DNA of 64,000 nt from Mobula hypostoma. Its lineage: Eukaryota. Below, piece by piece: positions 62,370 through 64,000 of the stretch; within the stretch, counting starts at the first letter, position 1; each line of letters begins with the position of its first letter. The translations under genes and the position numbers were made by a program. The notes below the pieces were generated by a model. The model searched no databases. It worked only from the letters and a program-made list of their open reading frames with translations, and had not been told where the DNA came from. Location: the NCBI RefSeq assembly GCF_963921235.1, contig NC_086108.1:6014001-6078000 (forward strand). Direction: 5' to 3'.

Positions 62370-63340
62370 ATTACTTAATTTCGGCGGTTTGGCACATTCA
62401 GGTGTAATTGCAGCTTGTTCGTCATACAAGATAGGGGGCGCCAAAGCTCCTGAAATTACACTTGTTATCTCTTGCATCCTCTATTTGTTAGTCATTGAGA
62501 AGCAAATCCCGCCTACCATTCGTCACTCGATTGGATATAGCGAGTCCCGATCACGAAGTTGATTGGACAAATCAATTGACAATCAACCTCCATTGGGTGT
62601 TTGAGTACGGCCTCTCGTATGTTCTAATATCTCGTATTCTTCAAACGGATGACCTCTGGTTACAATTTTGAAAACTTCTTTTTGCTCAGCGACTACAAGG
62701 TTGGTGGCAATTACGGTTTCACCGAACCCATTACCGACAGCTCGGCAATTTCGTCCTTAATAGGCGGGGTTCGGCTCGTGCTCGCTATCAATCAGAGCCT
62801 CTCCTTTACTCTTCTCTATCTCTCTCCCCCCCCCCCCACCTTGCCACAATCCTACAGTCACACGGTTCGCTGCTTTTTTTGATTTCCATTCGACCTTTGC
62901 CCAACCATTCTGTCGTCGCAGCTTCCCGTTTGGATTTAGCTGCATAACGCCCGTTCCCCCATGCTGCAGCAGCATTCCCCGTGACCTGCACGCCAAGTAT
63001 ACCCTCCAATCAGAACACGTAGCTCCGCATCGTGCTCGCGGTTCCTCCAATCAGAGCTCGCCATTCCACATTGCGCTCTTGGTTTCTCCAATCGGAGCTC
63101 GCCGCTCCGCGTCGCGCTCCTGATCCACTAATCAAAGCTCGCTGTTTAACATCGCGCTCTGGGTCCACCAATCAGGGGTCGCCACTCCACAATGTGCTCC
63201 AATCAGAGTATGTTTTTTTTCGCGCTAGGGGTCGGCTCGTGCTCTGGCTTCAAGTCGACGGTCCGCACGGTGATAATGGAGGGCGGCCGAGTCACGCCAC
63301 TTCACACGGAAAAAGCTCCAAGAACTTGGGCTCAGTAGTC
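62370..63340. promoter_or_regulatory. CpG-rich promoter-like region with multiple CCAAT boxes, GC box and E2F site (gene unidentified)
   Basis: High CpG density relative to the window, at least 8 CCAAT/ATTGG motifs, GGCGGG near 62763, TTTGGCGC on minus strand at 62438-62445. Confidence 0.65.
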
Positions 63341-63474
63341 GTTTCGTGTGGAGTGAGACCTTTCAGCAGGACAGTTCATCTCTCTCCGTAGATGTTCCCT
63401 GACCTGCTGAGTTCCTCCAGCATTTTGTGTGTCGCAAGGGCTTAACAGCATCTGCGGAATTTCTTGTGTCGATG

Positions 63475-63710
63475 CAGTGGTCCCCAACTTCGGGCCGCGA
63501 AGGGTGCAGCGGTAGCCGGAACGCACCCAGCACATCTTTAAGAAAAAAGCCGAAATAAACAAGCTAATTGATTAGGTGCCGCCTGGCATGTAAATATCGG
63601 CCCAGATTGTGATTAATTAGCTTGTTTATTTTGGCTTTTTTCTTAAAAATGTGCTGGGTGCGTTCCGGCTACCACTGCATTCTTCGCGGCCCGGAGTTTG
63701 GGGACCACTG
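63475..63710. mobile_element. Palindromic hAT-type MITE
   Basis: CAGTGGTCCCCAA...TTGGGGACCACTG termini and ~95-bp inverted arms; TSD imperfect. Confidence 0.8.
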
Positions 63711-64000
63711 GTCTATAGAATCAAAATCAGATTTAATATCACCGGCACATGTTCTGAAATTTGTTATGCAGCAGCAGTACAACGCCATACATAATACGGT
63801 ACCTTTATTATAATTTACAGTTTGTGTGTTTGTGCATGCACCCTCGGTGGCGCTGACTGAGTTCACAACTTTCTGCAGCTTATTTCAATCCCGTGCAGCA
63901 GTTACCCCCCCACACCCCCATACCAGACAGTGATGCAGCCAGTTAAGATGCTCTCCTTGGTATATCTGTAGAAAATTGCCAGTCATTCAGCAAAGAAACA

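Noticed and set aside
63000..63212. CRISPR-like array (regularly spaced short repeats)
   Set aside because: Whole units are mutually similar with no unique spacers, there are no cas genes, and the context is vertebrate. It is a degenerate minisatellite.
63276..63338. Short ATG ORF (MEGGRVTPLHTEKAPRTWAQ*) after the CCAAT array as a first coding exon
   Set aside because: Stops after 20 codons with no recognisable homology and abuts a Penelope fragment.
12..63866. The many 60-180-aa ORFs in the six-frame track
   Set aside because: Nearly all are antisense or off-frame reads of transposons or low-complexity sequence; only the CYP2 exons and TE domains are supported.

Overview
Eukaryotic genomic DNA, very probably from a cartilaginous fish (ray or shark). 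This is inferred from abundant V-domain tRNA-derived SINEs plus CR1, Rex1/Babar, RTE and Penelope repeats. The only host protein-coding gene I can support is an intact 9-exon cytochrome P450 family 2 gene on the minus strand (ATG at 39842, TAA at 4525-4527; 1488 nt CDS, 495 aa; all introns GT-AG with classic CYP2 exon sizes). It has a TATA box near 40002-40008. Most other sequence is transposon-derived and often nested: a full-length but defective Ty3/Gypsy element inside a Tc1 transposon inside a CR1 tail, solo LTRs, hAT MITEs and Penelope fragments. A CpG-rich, CCAAT-rich promoter-like region of an unidentified gene lies at about 62.4-63.3 kb. The best leads are five. (1) A ~99%-identical 531-bp inverted duplication brackets CYP2 exons 7-8, a 330-nt frame-symmetric block (circRNA or exon-skipping candidate). 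(2) Penelope repeats carry many minimal hammerhead-ribozyme motifs, some sense to the CYP2 pre-mRNA. (3) The Gypsy element lacks a tRNA primer site; that position instead pairs with its own LTR poly(A) signal. (4) A duplicated upstream block keeps a perfect Nrf2/Maf ARE in both copies. (5) A 40-41-bp-periodic CCAAT array sits in the promoter-like region. All functional readings are hypotheses. No prokaryotic or CRISPR-like system was seen.
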